64,000 bases of DNA from positions 11,709 through 75,708 of the forward strand of contig CP011213.1 of the NCBI GenBank assembly GCA_001029735.1, read 5' to 3'. The DNA comes from Berkelbacteria bacterium GW2011_GWE1_39_12. Its GTDB lineage: Bacteria > Patescibacteriota > UBA1384 > UBA12157. The notes under the pieces were generated by a model, which was given only the letters and a program-made list of their open reading frames with translations, had not been told where the DNA came from and made no database searches. A program made the translations under genes and the position numbers. How positions within the stretch are numbered: position 1 is the first letter of the stretch; every line of letters starts with the position of its first letter. Shown one piece after another: positions 9,741 to 20,018 of the stretch.

Positions 9741-10371
9741 ACTTTTTTATATTGTTAACGCATTAATAATATTAACCGGTTTTGGAATCGGCGCTTATTA
9801 CTTTCCAAAACTACCATCGATGATTGCAAACCATTGGGGGCCACAGGGCTTAGCCGACGGCTATTCTGATAAATCATGGGGCGTCTTTTTGATGCCGATT
9901 ATTTCTACGGTACTATTTTTACTTTTATCCTTCTTGCCACACATCGATCCGAATGCAAAAAATATCCAAAAGTTTCGCGAAAAATACAATATATTTGTAA
10001 CTGTAATGATGGTATTTTTCCTCTATCTCTTTGTTTTAACTATTTCATGGAACCTAGGCAATCAGTTTAACATGGTTCAATATTTAATGCCGGCCTTTGC
10101 CGTTTTATTTTATTTTGTTGGCGATCTCGTAAAAAACGCCGAGCCAAATTTTACAATCGGTATTCGCACGCCATGGACATTAAGTAATAGTAAAGTTTGG
10201 GAAAAGACTCACGAACTTGGCGCAAAGATATACCAATGGAGTGCTCTAATTATTTTAATCGGCATATTTGTACCTGATTTTGCTATCTTTTTTATGCTGA
10301 TTCCGGTCATTTTAAGCTCGTTATTATTAGTTCTATATTCATACCTAGAGTTTAGAAAGATTAAACAATGA
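9730..10371 (+). CDS. DUF1648/SdpI-like integral membrane protein
   Basis: NHWGPQGLADGYSDKS motif after first TM; 4-6 TM helices. Confidence 0.55.
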   Translation: MKIKLFYIVNALIILTGFGIGAYYFPKLPSMIANHWGPQGLADGYSDKSWGVFLMPIISTVLFLLLSFLPHIDPNAKNIQKFREKYNIFVTVMMVFFLYLFVLTISWNLGNQFNMVQYLMPAFAVLFYFVGDLVKNAEPNFTIGIRTPWTLSNSKVWEKTHELGAKIYQWSALIILIGIFVPDFAIFFMLIPVILSSLLLVLYSYLEFRKIKQ

Positions 10372-10628
10372 TTATTAAAAAGAAAACTTGGCCTGATTTA
10401 TTTCAAAAAGTATTTGACGGAGAAAAAACGTTTGATATGCGTCTGGCTGATTTTGATTGCAAAGAGGGCGATGTATTAGTACTGGAAGAATGGGACCCGG
10501 AGACTCGCGAATATACTGGACGAAAACTGGAAAAGAAAGTGACTTTTGTCTTAAAAACAAAGGGTATAACATTTTGGACAAAAGAAGAGGTAGGAAAATT
10601 TGGCTATCAAATCATCAGCTTTAAATAG
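10368..10628 (+). CDS. DUF3850/ASCH-like small protein
   Basis: 86 aa; KTFDMRLADFDCKEGDVLVLEEWD pattern of the ASCH-related DUF3850 fold. Confidence 0.45.
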   Translation: MIIKKKTWPDLFQKVFDGEKTFDMRLADFDCKEGDVLVLEEWDPETREYTGRKLEKKVTFVLKTKGITFWTKEEVGKFGYQIISFK

Positions 10629-11295
10629 CGAAAAAATAATCAAAGAACTCAAAACCTATAAAAATGAAAAGAACGTTATCGGCATGGCGCGCTTTGGCAT
10701 TGGTGGCAAAAATGTCTTAGGTGGACCTAATATTCCAACTCTTAGAAAAATGGCTAAGGATATTAAAAAGACAGTAGGAGAGAGCACTCACGAAATTGCT
10801 TTAGAACTTTGGGAATCAGGCATCCATGAAGCGAGAATTTTGGCCAGTATGATCGATGATCCTAAAAAGGTAACAGCCAAACAAATGGATAGTTGGATTA
10901 AAGATTTTGACAGCTGGGATGTCTGCGATCAAGTTTCCATGAATCTTTTCGATAGCACTACCATCGCTTTTAAAAAGGCAGCCGAGTGGTCAATGAGAAA
11001 ACCGGAATTCGAAAAACGGGCTGGATTTGCCCTGATGGCTGCTTTGGCCAATCACGACAATAAAAATAACCACAACGATGAGCTAAAAAAATTCTTACCA
11101 ATAATTCTACGAGAGGCGACGGATGAAAGAAATTTCATCCGCAAAGCGGTCAATTGGGCGCTCAGAGGAATCGGTAAAAGAAACCCAGAACTCAAAAAAG
11201 AGGCAATGAAAACTGCCGAAGAAATATTGAAGATCGATAATAAAACCGCGCAATGGATCGCCAAAGATGCGATCCGCGAACTCAAAAGCCGTTGA
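10600..11295 (+). CDS. DNA alkylation repair enzyme family (AlkC/AlkD-like HEAT-repeat glycosylase)
   Basis: LWESGIHEARILA and SWDVCDQ motifs typical of Pfam DNA_alkylation proteins. Confidence 0.7.
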   Translation: MAIKSSALNSEKIIKELKTYKNEKNVIGMARFGIGGKNVLGGPNIPTLRKMAKDIKKTVGESTHEIALELWESGIHEARILASMIDDPKKVTAKQMDSWIKDFDSWDVCDQVSMNLFDSTTIAFKKAAEWSMRKPEFEKRAGFALMAALANHDNKNNHNDELKKFLPIILREATDERNFIRKAVNWALRGIGKRNPELKKEAMKTAEEILKIDNKTAQWIAKDAIRELKSR

Positions 11296-11350
11296 TCTAA
11301 ACCAAGAAATATGGTACTATCTGCTTAAGTCCAAGACGACGGAGGTTTTG

Positions 11351-11719
11351 ATGGAAGGGTTTTTAGGACAAGATAACGATGATGTGATGATTCAAGACGT
11401 TTGCGATGGTTCCTATCATCGCGTTCACTTTACAGCAGCGCTCAAAGTGGTCGGTAAAGATAGACCGCTACACGAGCAATTTGAGGAGCCAATCGGACAT
11501 GCCATCGATCGCGTCATACACTCGATCGACAACTATACCAGGCTAATGGTCACGCCTTTCGGTATAAAAGTTTGCTCAATGTGCACATGGCCGAGTGACG
11601 GCCAGAAAATTCGAGCCACTATAATACTCACGAGAGCAAAGAAGATGAGCACAAAAATGTGGGTTCGCCGCGGGGCGATGTTTAGCGAGTACTTCCAAAA
11701 AGAATCACAACCGGTTTAA
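11351..11719 (+). CDS. hypothetical protein (about 122 aa), GC-richer than the background
   Basis: GGAGG SD 5 nt before ATG at 11351 (the track ORF starts earlier at 11267 without an SD); terminator hairpin AACCGGTTtaatcgCCGGTTtttt follows. Confidence 0.5.
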   Translation: MEGFLGQDNDDVMIQDVCDGSYHRVHFTAALKVVGKDRPLHEQFEEPIGHAIDRVIHSIDNYTRLMVTPFGIKVCSMCTWPSDGQKIRATIILTRAKKMSTKMWVRRGAMFSEYFQKESQPV

Positions 11720-11789
11720 TCGCCGGTTTTTTAATTGTGTATTTTTAAAGAAAAGCTTATGGTAAATTTAAGAATAATAGAGGAGAATA

Positions 11790-12299
11790 ATGCCTAAAAA
11801 GCCAATTGAATATGACGAAAAAAAATCACATTATATAGCAGCAACGGCGATTATTATGAAAAAGGGTAAATATTTAATTGCTAAGCGCGCCAGCTGGGAA
11901 AAGTCGTTTCCGAATCTTTGGACAGTTCCTGGCGGAAAACTCGAGACTAAGGATTATATTAATACTCCAAAAAGCACTAACTCTCCGCAATGGTACAATA
12001 TTATCGAGCGATTATTACAAAGGGAAGTCAGTGAGGAAGTCGGGTTGAAAATAAAAAACATTAGATATTTGTGCGATCTTGTCTTTTTGCGGCCCGACAG
12101 GATACCCGTTGTGACATTCAGTATGTATGCCGACTGGGCAGGCGGCAGAGTTGTGCTGGAGGATTCCCTGACAGATTATGCATGGGTTACCACAAAAGAA
12201 GCTAAAAAATACGAACTGATCGACGGAATTTGGGAAGAGTTGGAAATGCTTGATAAGATACTAAGCGGTAAAAAAGTTACCAAATGGCAGAAGAAATAA
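11790..12299 (+). CDS. NUDIX hydrolase
   Basis: Nudix box GGKLE...REVSEEVGL. Confidence 0.85.
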   Translation: MPKKPIEYDEKKSHYIAATAIIMKKGKYLIAKRASWEKSFPNLWTVPGGKLETKDYINTPKSTNSPQWYNIIERLLQREVSEEVGLKIKNIRYLCDLVFLRPDRIPVVTFSMYADWAGGRVVLEDSLTDYAWVTTKEAKKYELIDGIWEELEMLDKILSGKKVTKWQKK

Positions 12300-12330
12300 A
12301 AAAGCTGAAACATCTAGCTTCAGCTTAACT
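12300..12330. terminator. bidirectional intrinsic terminator between convergent genes
   Basis: aaaAGCTGAAacatctaGCTTCAGCTt hairpin flanked by A/T runs. Confidence 0.5.
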
Positions 12331-12931
12331 CGAAATAGGCAAGAACATCCTGCCATGATGGTGTTCTCGTAATAATACCCTCATACTCTTTGGGTATTTT
12401 TTGACGATTCCACGGATAATCACCGAACAGTAAGACTTGAACTCCGGCTTTAGCGCAGTCAATTGCGTATTCCAGGCTATCGTCAATAATGTGGCTTACA
12501 CCCAATCGAAGGCAAGCCTCCGATTTTGAGATGGCATCGTCACCGATGCAATGATTGCAGAAAACCGTCTGAAATTTCCGATCGGGCAGAAACTTATCCA
12601 GATAACGAATCGAAAGATCTTGTACGGCGTATTGTCTACCTGTTATCATAGCCTGGTTGGGAAAAAGAACGCGAAGCTTATCCAGTGCTTCAACGGCACC
12701 GATAATAGGAGGAAACTCAAGTCCCACGAGCCTAAGAAATTCGTGCATGCGCTTTATCTTTTCTTTTCGTGTCACGCCTAACACTTCTTCAAAATTGAAA
12801 TAGTCAGTGACTTGTGCCAATTGTATTTTTGTACCGAAAACGCAATTCTGATAAGCGATAAACGCCGAGACAAAGGGGAATATAACATCATCGATATCTG
12901 TTGCCAACACGGATCCGGATTTGAGTATCAA
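12320..12931 (-). CDS. HAD-superfamily hydrolase, 5'(3')-deoxyribonucleotidase-like; TTG start
   Basis: DIDDV motif I near the N-terminus; HAD motifs; GGAGGTGA SD. Confidence 0.6.
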   Translation of the reverse strand: MILKSGSVLATDIDDVIFPFVSAFIAYQNCVFGTKIQLAQVTDYFNFEEVLGVTRKEKIKRMHEFLRLVGLEFPPIIGAVEALDKLRVLFPNQAMITGRQYAVQDLSIRYLDKFLPDRKFQTVFCNHCIGDDAISKSEACLRLGVSHIIDDSLEYAIDCAKAGVQVLLFGDYPWNRQKIPKEYEGIITRTPSWQDVLAYFELS

Positions 12932-13004
12932 AGTGCTTCACCTCCTGTGAGATTGATTTAATTTATCACATTTTTCTCTTCATAACAAATGAAGTTAACT
13001 CTTG

Positions 13005-13033
13005 TTGACCTATATCTTGTTTTACCCTACAAT
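13005..13033 (+). promoter_or_regulatory. sigma70-like promoter TTGACC-N17-TACAAT for the manC-secD-secF operon
   Basis: Hexamers at 13005-13010 and 13028-13033. Confidence 0.5.
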
Positions 13034-13071
13034 CTAGATATAGAATAGACTTGAAACAAAAGAGGTAAATA

Positions 13072-14145
13072 ATGCGAAACAATTTTTATATCGTAATTGT
13101 TGCAGGCGGTTCTGGCACAAGACTTTGGCCGGTTTCGCGCGAAAACAGTCCGAAACAATTTCACAAACTAACTTCTGATAAGTCTTTATTGGAAGAAACC
13201 TATGATCGAATTAAAGATCTCACCGAATCCGAAAATATTTATATTTCTTTAGGGGCTAATGCCGCTCTTCAAACTAAAGCTCAATTGAAAGAAATCCCGG
13301 AAGCAAATTATATAATCGAGCCAGAAGGCAAGAATACTGCTCCAGCCATTGCATTAATCAGCGCCAAGATATTTAAAAAAGACCCCCAAGCAATTATCGC
13401 AACAATTGCGGCTGATCATACAGTTAAAAATAATTCTAACTATACGGAGACTTTGAAAAGTGCCGCCCATTTTGTCGATAAAAATCCTGAATATTTAGTA
13501 ACAATTGGAATTCAGCCTGACAGCGCTCACACCGGTTATGGATATGTCAAAATTGGCAGAAAGCTTGACAATGAAAAAGCACATGAGGTAGAGGAGTTTG
13601 TTGAAAAACCAAATCTAGAAACAGCACAAAAATATTTTGACTCAGGAAAATATCTTTGGAATGCCGGTTATTTTATTTTTAGAGCCGACAAAATGATTGA
13701 AATGTTTGAAAATTATGCACCAGAAATATATTCTGGCTTAAGAGCAATATTAAAAGCGATTGGCACAGAAGATGAAAAAGAGATAATTGAAAAAGCCTTT
13801 AAGGAATTTCCAAAAGTCCCGATTGACACAGCAATTGCCGAAAAAGTTGAGAAAATCGCTGTTATTCCCGCCGATTTAGGCTGGTCAGATATCGGCAGCT
13901 GGTCAAGTGTTTTTGATCTTTTGGACAAAGAAGATGGTAATGTTCACAGAGGACACCACGTCGGTATAGACGATAAGAATTGTCTTTTTTTCGCCCAAGA
14001 TAAATTACTGGCAACTGTCGGGTTAGAGGATATAGTAGTAGTTGATACGCCGGACGTGACTTTGATCTGCAAAAAAGATAAAGCACAAGAAGTTAAAAAA
14101 TTAATAGAGAAATTGAAAGAACAAGGTAAACATAAATATTTGTAA
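13072..14145 (+). CDS. mannose-1-phosphate guanylyltransferase (nucleotidyltransferase only, no cupin/isomerase domain)
   Basis: IVAGGSGTRLWPVS nucleotidyltransferase motif; overall ManC-like. Confidence 0.85.
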   Translation: MRNNFYIVIVAGGSGTRLWPVSRENSPKQFHKLTSDKSLLEETYDRIKDLTESENIYISLGANAALQTKAQLKEIPEANYIIEPEGKNTAPAIALISAKIFKKDPQAIIATIAADHTVKNNSNYTETLKSAAHFVDKNPEYLVTIGIQPDSAHTGYGYVKIGRKLDNEKAHEVEEFVEKPNLETAQKYFDSGKYLWNAGYFIFRADKMIEMFENYAPEIYSGLRAILKAIGTEDEKEIIEKAFKEFPKVPIDTAIAEKVEKIAVIPADLGWSDIGSWSSVFDLLDKEDGNVHRGHHVGIDDKNCLFFAQDKLLATVGLEDIVVVDTPDVTLICKKDKAQEVKKLIEKLKEQGKHKYL

Positions 14146-14160
14146 AAAATAGGAGTTATT

Positions 14161-15414
14161 TTGCGACGTAACCTTTGGATTTTTTTCTTTTGTATTATTG
14201 TGGTAACTGCATTAGCAGGCTTAATTGATTGGCCAAAAGGGCCAAATTTCTTCGGTAAAGAAATAAAAGTTCATGAAGGCTTGGACTTACAGGGCGGTAC
14301 ACATTTAGTTTATGAATTGGATACTTCAAAATACGGCGGCAAAGACACTGGTTCAGCTGAACAGGCAGTAATTAACGTTATCGATAAACGTGTTAACAGT
14401 CTTGGCGTTTCAGAACCAGTCATTCAATCGTCAAGTATGGGCGGGAGACCAACTGTTATTGTTGAATTGCCGGGCATTTCAGATGTTAACGAAGCGATCA
14501 ATTTAATTGGTAAAACCGCTCAACTAAAATTTCAAGAAACCGATCCAGATGATCCAACAAAATTAAAAGATACTGATTTGACCGGCGCCAACTTAAAAAG
14601 AGCTCAGGTTGAATTCGATCAAACATCCGGCGAACCTCAAGTTTCATTGCAATTTGACAGTGAAGGATCAAAAAAATTTGCTGAAATTACAAAGAGGAAT
14701 TTAAATAAACCTGTCGCCATTTCACTTGATGATCAAATTATCTCTGCGCCGACGGTCGAATCTGTGATTGAAAGCGGTCAGGCAGTGATCAATGGCGAGT
14801 TCACCGTCAATGAAGCAAAAGATTTAACAGTTCAGTTAAACGCCGGGGCTTTACCAGTTCCGATCAAATTAGTAGAGCAAAGAAACATTGGTGCCACTTT
14901 AGGCAATGAATCGGTGAAAAAAAGTTTAGTTGCCGGCTTAGTTGGCTTGATTTTAGTCGGCATTTTCATGATCATTTATTACAGACTACCTGGAGTTTTA
15001 GCTGTTTTCGCCTTAGCAATTTATACATTAATTTCCTTGGCATTATTTAAAACTATTCCTGTCACATTAACGCTGGCTGGTATAACAGGTTTTATTTTAT
15101 CTGTGGGTATGGCAGTTGATGCTAACATTTTAATTTTTGAAAGAACAAAAGAAGAGTTAAACCAGGGTAAATCCGTTGGCGCTGCTTTAGAAGAAGGTTT
15201 TAAACGTGCCTGGTCTTCCATCCGAGATTCTAATTTTTCATCACTTATAACAGCCGCTATCCTTTATTACGGCACTTCGGGAATAATCCGCGGGTTTGCC
15301 GTTACATTGGCCATCGGTATCTTAGTTTCAATGTTCACAGCTATCACGGTCAGCCGAACATTCTTACGACTTTTCGTGGGTACAAAATATGAAAAACTTC
15401 TCACGATCAAATAA
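14161..15414 (+). CDS. secD: protein translocase subunit SecD (TTG start)
   Basis: Periplasmic domain plus C-terminal 6-TM RND-like region with conserved SecD motifs. Confidence 0.9.
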   Translation: MRRNLWIFFFCIIVVTALAGLIDWPKGPNFFGKEIKVHEGLDLQGGTHLVYELDTSKYGGKDTGSAEQAVINVIDKRVNSLGVSEPVIQSSSMGGRPTVIVELPGISDVNEAINLIGKTAQLKFQETDPDDPTKLKDTDLTGANLKRAQVEFDQTSGEPQVSLQFDSEGSKKFAEITKRNLNKPVAISLDDQIISAPTVESVIESGQAVINGEFTVNEAKDLTVQLNAGALPVPIKLVEQRNIGATLGNESVKKSLVAGLVGLILVGIFMIIYYRLPGVLAVFALAIYTLISLALFKTIPVTLTLAGITGFILSVGMAVDANILIFERTKEELNQGKSVGAALEEGFKRAWSSIRDSNFSSLITAAILYYGTSGIIRGFAVTLAIGILVSMFTAITVSRTFLRLFVGTKYEKLLTIK

Positions 15415-15469
15415 TGTAGAAGTCTTGTATTTTTAAAATATCTAACATAAAAAATAATCAGGAGTTAAA

Positions 15470-16375
15470 GTGAATATTATTGGAAGAAGAAAAATTTGGT
15501 ATATTGTTTCAACAGTCTTAATTGCGCCTGGGATCATAGCCTTAATTTTATGGGGCCTTAAATTCGGCATTGATTTTAAAGGCGGCGCATTAATCCAAGT
15601 GCAATATAGCCAATCTAAACCAGTTGACGAGGTTAAAAATTCACTCAAAGATCTTGGTTTAAATAATCTTATTGTCACCACAACTTCGGATAACGGCTTT
15701 ATTATCAGAACCGAGACCCTTACTCAAGAGCAATACAACAAAATATCCGATCAACTCAAGAAAGTAGGGGAGTACAAAGAAACCAGTTACGAATCTGTTG
15801 GTCCGACAGTAAGCTCAGATATAGAGAAAAAGGCAATTATCTCGGTTATCTTAGCTTCATTGGCGATCATCCTTTTTGTTGCTTACACATTTCGTCGCGT
15901 TCCAAAACCAGCCAGTTCATGGCGTTTTGGCATTTGTGCAGTTTTAGCGCTTATCCATGATTTAGCCTTTGTTATTGGTTTATTTGCCATCTTAGGACAT
16001 TTCCTTGGTTACGAGATCGATTCCCTGTTCATTACTGCCCTACTCACCATTATGGGTTTCTCGGTTCACGATACTATTGTTGTTTTCGACCGAATTAGAG
16101 AGAACTTAAGGAAGCATCCATCAGAGAATTTTGAAAAAAATGTCAACAACAGTATCATTCAAACCCTTAATCGATCATTAAATACTTCATTAACCGTCTT
16201 AATCGTCCTAGCGGCGTTATTTTTCTTAGGCGGGGTAACTTTACACCACTTTGTGTTAGCGCTGCTTGCGGGTATTGCAATCGGCACGTATTCATCTATT
16301 TTTAATGCATCCGCTATGTTGGTTAGTTGGCAAGGATGGTCTATGCGTCGGCTTGCTAAAGAAAAAGTGACCTAG
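15470..16375 (+). CDS. secF: protein translocase subunit SecF (GTG start)
   Basis: SecF signature; 6 TM helices. Confidence 0.9.
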   Translation: MNIIGRRKIWYIVSTVLIAPGIIALILWGLKFGIDFKGGALIQVQYSQSKPVDEVKNSLKDLGLNNLIVTTTSDNGFIIRTETLTQEQYNKISDQLKKVGEYKETSYESVGPTVSSDIEKKAIISVILASLAIILFVAYTFRRVPKPASSWRFGICAVLALIHDLAFVIGLFAILGHFLGYEIDSLFITALLTIMGFSVHDTIVVFDRIRENLRKHPSENFEKNVNNSIIQTLNRSLNTSLTVLIVLAALFFLGGVTLHHFVLALLAGIAIGTYSSIFNASAMLVSWQGWSMRRLAKEKVT

Positions 16376-16991
16376 GCCCTTGTAGAGGCTTAAGTAACAG
16401 GTTCAAATATAGTAGCCGAGCGCGTGCTCGTCGCGGAAATTTCTGACAAAATTATAGCACTAAACTGGCTTTTTAATAGTTAACGGCCGTTATTTTAGTT
16501 AAAATAGAAAACGATAAGTATACTACTGATAAAGAATAGGGAAGACTCGGTTTAAAAAAAGAGTACAAGCCAATCAGCGGTTATTTATATGGTATAAGAG
16601 ATATGTAGGTAGTTAGCTACAAGATAGAGATCTAAGCGCAACAGGTTAGAATACTAAAATATTGCGTCGCAGAATGTTTCTTTTACGACGCAATAGACCG
16701 TAAGGTTAAGTATATGGTTAAATTCGTTAAATAAGAGTTCTTGAAACAATAGGTATATTAGATGCCAATTTTTTCAAAATTGCACTTCCCTTTTTTCGAA
16801 GCCAGGTTTTATAAAAATATTAAATCCCCTCAAAATCTTTGAAAAAGTGCGAATTGCATTAATTTCTCGCCCTCTCCCCCGCGGGAGTAGAAAATTAACA
16901 GGTATGCGAACCTGTTAATTTAGTAGATACATTTGTCTTTATTGAGTAAAAAGGCGTTTTAAACCTGTTACGTACCTGTAAAAATTAAGAT
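16376..16991. other. 616-bp AT-rich non-coding spacer between convergent genes, carrying repeated AACAGGT/ACCTGTT motifs and inverted repeats
   Basis: No ORF of 60 aa or more; AACAGGT at about 16397, 16641, 16899; ACCTGTT at about 16911, 16961; inverted repeats ATTGCGTCG...CGACGCAAT and CTCCCCCGCGGGAG. Confidence 0.4.
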
Positions 16992-19900
16992 TTAATTATC
17001 TTCTATCTTAATGACCTGACCATCTTCCAATTGATTGGCTTTGCCGCCGCTGACATGACGCCATAGCATTTCTTTATCACTCTCCAAATCATCTGTCTTC
17101 TCTGGCTCTAATGTTGCTACTGGTGCCACAAACATCACTGGCTTTTCTATAATGATTTTGTCTTCTTTTTTTTCTATAGACTCTAGATTATTTTTTTCAA
17201 TTTGGTTTATTTTTTGTACGATCGCTCCCCCATCTTGAGCCTTTGGCGGCAACGGAACGCTGTCTAACTTCTTTTCCGGCTCTAACGCGGCTAACCTTTG
17301 TTTTTGCCAGTCAGCCAGTTCTTCTTTTTCAACTGCTCTTTTTTCCATAAACTCAGCTGCTTTTTCTTCAGTTTTTTGAATTTTTTCTTGCACAGTTTCT
17401 TCGGTTAAAGGCTGATCTGTTGTTCCGCCACCCATATACCACCGTACGTCGCCAGGTGTTTGGATCTCACGGTAATATGTCTCCCCTATTTTTGGTGGAA
17501 TTTTTGGCACTAATTTTTTCTCTGCCTTAGTTAAAATTTCTTCCACTTTTGGCATAGCAGAAATTTCACCTATTTGAGCCTCAACATACTCACGGCTTCT
17601 TGAATAAAGCTTGCGAGACGATTCTAAGATTTTATCCTTGTTTTCGAACTTCCTTGCTGCGCGTGGTAATGTTACCGCCGAAAAGGCAGGACAGGTCACA
17701 CCGTCAATGCTCATTTTGACGTAAACGTGATAGTTATCAAGGTTAACTAAATCATTTGCCTCAAAGACCGGTTCAAATTCTTTGGTTAAAACTTCAGCGT
17801 CAGGCGAGCCGACTCTGAAACTCACAATCGTACCAACGTTACCTATAACCGCATCTCTAACAGGCTCAAGCATTTGAGCGATATACTGGTGAGTCATAAT
17901 AAGGTTTAAGTGATACTTTCTGGCTTCAGAAAGAATAACGGCAAAAGATTCCGTCGCAAAATTTTGAAACTCATCAACGTATAAATAAAAATCCCGTCGG
18001 TCTTCTTCTTTTACGGTTGCACGTTGCATAGCTGCAAGTTGTATTTTAGTAATCATCAGTGACCCTAAAAGTTGTGAAGCATCTTCCCCTATCTCACCAA
18101 TTGAAAGATTAACTAGAAAGATCTTTCCTGAATCCATGATCTCTTTGATATCAATAGTAGATTTTGGCTGTCCAATAATATTCCTTATAGTTGAAGACGA
18201 TAAAAATTGCCCTACCTTGTTTTGAATAGGTGCAATAGCTTCAGTCCTAAACTTTGGTTCGTATTGTTCATATTCGTTCACAAAGAAATCTTTAATAACA
18301 GGATCAGTAATAGAAGAAACAACCTTATCCCGAAAAGGTTTATCAACTAACATTCTGGTCACGCCCAACATGGTTGCATTCGGATAATCTAATAGAGCCA
18401 AAATAGTGTTTCTTAAAATGTACTCTAATCGAGGTCCCCAACTTTCGCCAAAAATCTTTTTGAAAATCCCAACCACACCAGAAGCAACAATGTTTTTTAA
18501 GTCAGGATCAACATTTTCCAAAGGGTTAAATGCCACTGGAAACATCTTGTCGGCTGGAGAAAAAATAACCACATCTTTGATTCGTTCCTCTGGAATATAT
18601 TCCATGACATGATTAATAAGATCCCCATGAGGGTCAACCACGGCGATTCCGCGGCCTTCTCGAATATCATCAATGGCCATATTTTCCAGTAAGGTGGATT
18701 TACCAGTACCAGTCTTTCCAATAACATAAGTATGATAACGACGATCAGGTAATTTAATACCAAACTTATGTTGGACATGTCTGAAATCAGTCTTGGCAAA
18801 AATTGTTAGCTCTTCTTCTGGAACATTATCTTCAATTGGAAGATTCGCCGGTGGTTCGCCTTTTTTACTACCAGCCCATACTATATTAGGAGTCTCCACT
18901 GAAACTGACGGCAAATGATAAATTGAGGCAAGCTCTTCGATATTTAAAATATATCCGTTATCAATGAATGTTCTTTGATGGTATAGATGCCAATAGTTAA
19001 TTGACGTATCAACCAAGCTTGCTTGAAAACCGTTTAAGTTCAAAACATTAAATTGTTTGAAAGCGCCAACAACTGAATCAACCTTGCTCCTAGCAATGTT
19101 TTCATGAGGCGCAAGAGCCAATAATCGGATTTTAGTTTCAAACCCAAGCTTTGTTGATTTAGTTTCCACGCCTTTTAGCGCTGCCTCGGCATTACCAGAT
19201 AATACCACTTCTTTCTTGCCACCGTCTTCGGTGACTCTGCCAGATGCAGGTGTAGCACCAGTAACTATGGTCGTAATTAGTGAAGTAAGCCCTCGCCAAA
19301 TCATTCCAAATATTTCACCAAAAACATCGGTACCTTTACCGCTTTTGATTTTTTTAATATGTGCTTCACTTTTTGTTTGCCATGAATCAGACACTGGCTT
19401 ACTAATAATTTGTAACCAAACTTGTTCATCTTTTTCTACTTTACTCATCACACCAGTGATACTAGAAAGTGGATCAACTTCAAAGTTAAGAAAAGTTTTT
19501 ATTGGATAGACTTCATTGTTCACAAGGTTAATATCGGCACCACAAATCTTAACATCACCATTTTTAATTCTTTCAAACTCGTCCATGGTATAGTCATCTA
19601 CTTCTGCCAGTTCTGCCGTAGGATATTGAGCATAAATTTGTCCCTGAACAAAATCTGATAGATGCGTTGGTGTAATGACATAAAATTGGAGATATTTATC
19701 ACGTGAAGCAATTTCAAAACTGATGTATTCTTGATACGGATGTTCGGCTTTAAAAATTCCGTGAAGAGCGGCAAACATTTGTTCTGCAGCAAGCGGAGAT
19801 TTTTCGTTGTTTTTAGGGACTAAAATTCTTAGCGTTATAAAACGCATTCTGGAAAACCACTCCACTTTTTTGGCCTCGAGATTTCTTTTGTATATATTAG

Positions 19901-20018
19901 CAATAATAACAACAGGTATACCTAAAAATATAACCAAAAAGAAACCTTTAATTAAAAATGAAACTAAACTGTCAAACATTAATGATCTTTCTCGATTATG
20001 TTTTCGATCGCTGCCCAA
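16992..20018 (-). CDS. membrane-anchored VirB4/TrbE-like ATPase of the FtsK-HerA superfamily, paralogue 1 (1008 aa) with long charged C-terminal tail
   Basis: N-terminal TM; Walker A GKTGTGKST at about residue 435; VVDPHGD; Walker B LYVDEFQNF; ARKYHLNLIMTHQ; N-domain homologous to the paralogue. Confidence 0.6.
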   Translation of the reverse strand: MGSDRKHNRERSLMFDSLVSFLIKGFFLVIFLGIPVVIIANIYKRNLEAKKVEWFSRMRFITLRILVPKNNEKSPLAAEQMFAALHGIFKAEHPYQEYISFEIASRDKYLQFYVITPTHLSDFVQGQIYAQYPTAELAEVDDYTMDEFERIKNGDVKICGADINLVNNEVYPIKTFLNFEVDPLSSITGVMSKVEKDEQVWLQIISKPVSDSWQTKSEAHIKKIKSGKGTDVFGEIFGMIWRGLTSLITTIVTGATPASGRVTEDGGKKEVVLSGNAEAALKGVETKSTKLGFETKIRLLALAPHENIARSKVDSVVGAFKQFNVLNLNGFQASLVDTSINYWHLYHQRTFIDNGYILNIEELASIYHLPSVSVETPNIVWAGSKKGEPPANLPIEDNVPEEELTIFAKTDFRHVQHKFGIKLPDRRYHTYVIGKTGTGKSTLLENMAIDDIREGRGIAVVDPHGDLINHVMEYIPEERIKDVVIFSPADKMFPVAFNPLENVDPDLKNIVASGVVGIFKKIFGESWGPRLEYILRNTILALLDYPNATMLGVTRMLVDKPFRDKVVSSITDPVIKDFFVNEYEQYEPKFRTEAIAPIQNKVGQFLSSSTIRNIIGQPKSTIDIKEIMDSGKIFLVNLSIGEIGEDASQLLGSLMITKIQLAAMQRATVKEEDRRDFYLYVDEFQNFATESFAVILSEARKYHLNLIMTHQYIAQMLEPVRDAVIGNVGTIVSFRVGSPDAEVLTKEFEPVFEANDLVNLDNYHVYVKMSIDGVTCPAFSAVTLPRAARKFENKDKILESSRKLYSRSREYVEAQIGEISAMPKVEEILTKAEKKLVPKIPPKIGETYYREIQTPGDVRWYMGGGTTDQPLTEETVQEKIQKTEEKAAEFMEKRAVEKEELADWQKQRLAALEPEKKLDSVPLPPKAQDGGAIVQKINQIEKNNLESIEKKEDKIIIEKPVMFVAPVATLEPEKTDDLESDKEMLWRHVSGGKANQLEDGQVIKIEDN

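Noticed and set aside
16395-16415. tRNA-like T-loop sequence GGTTCAAAT in the long spacer
   Set aside because: Flanking bases cannot form a T-stem or acceptor stem. No tRNA cloverleaf could be built, and no tRNA genes were found anywhere in the window.
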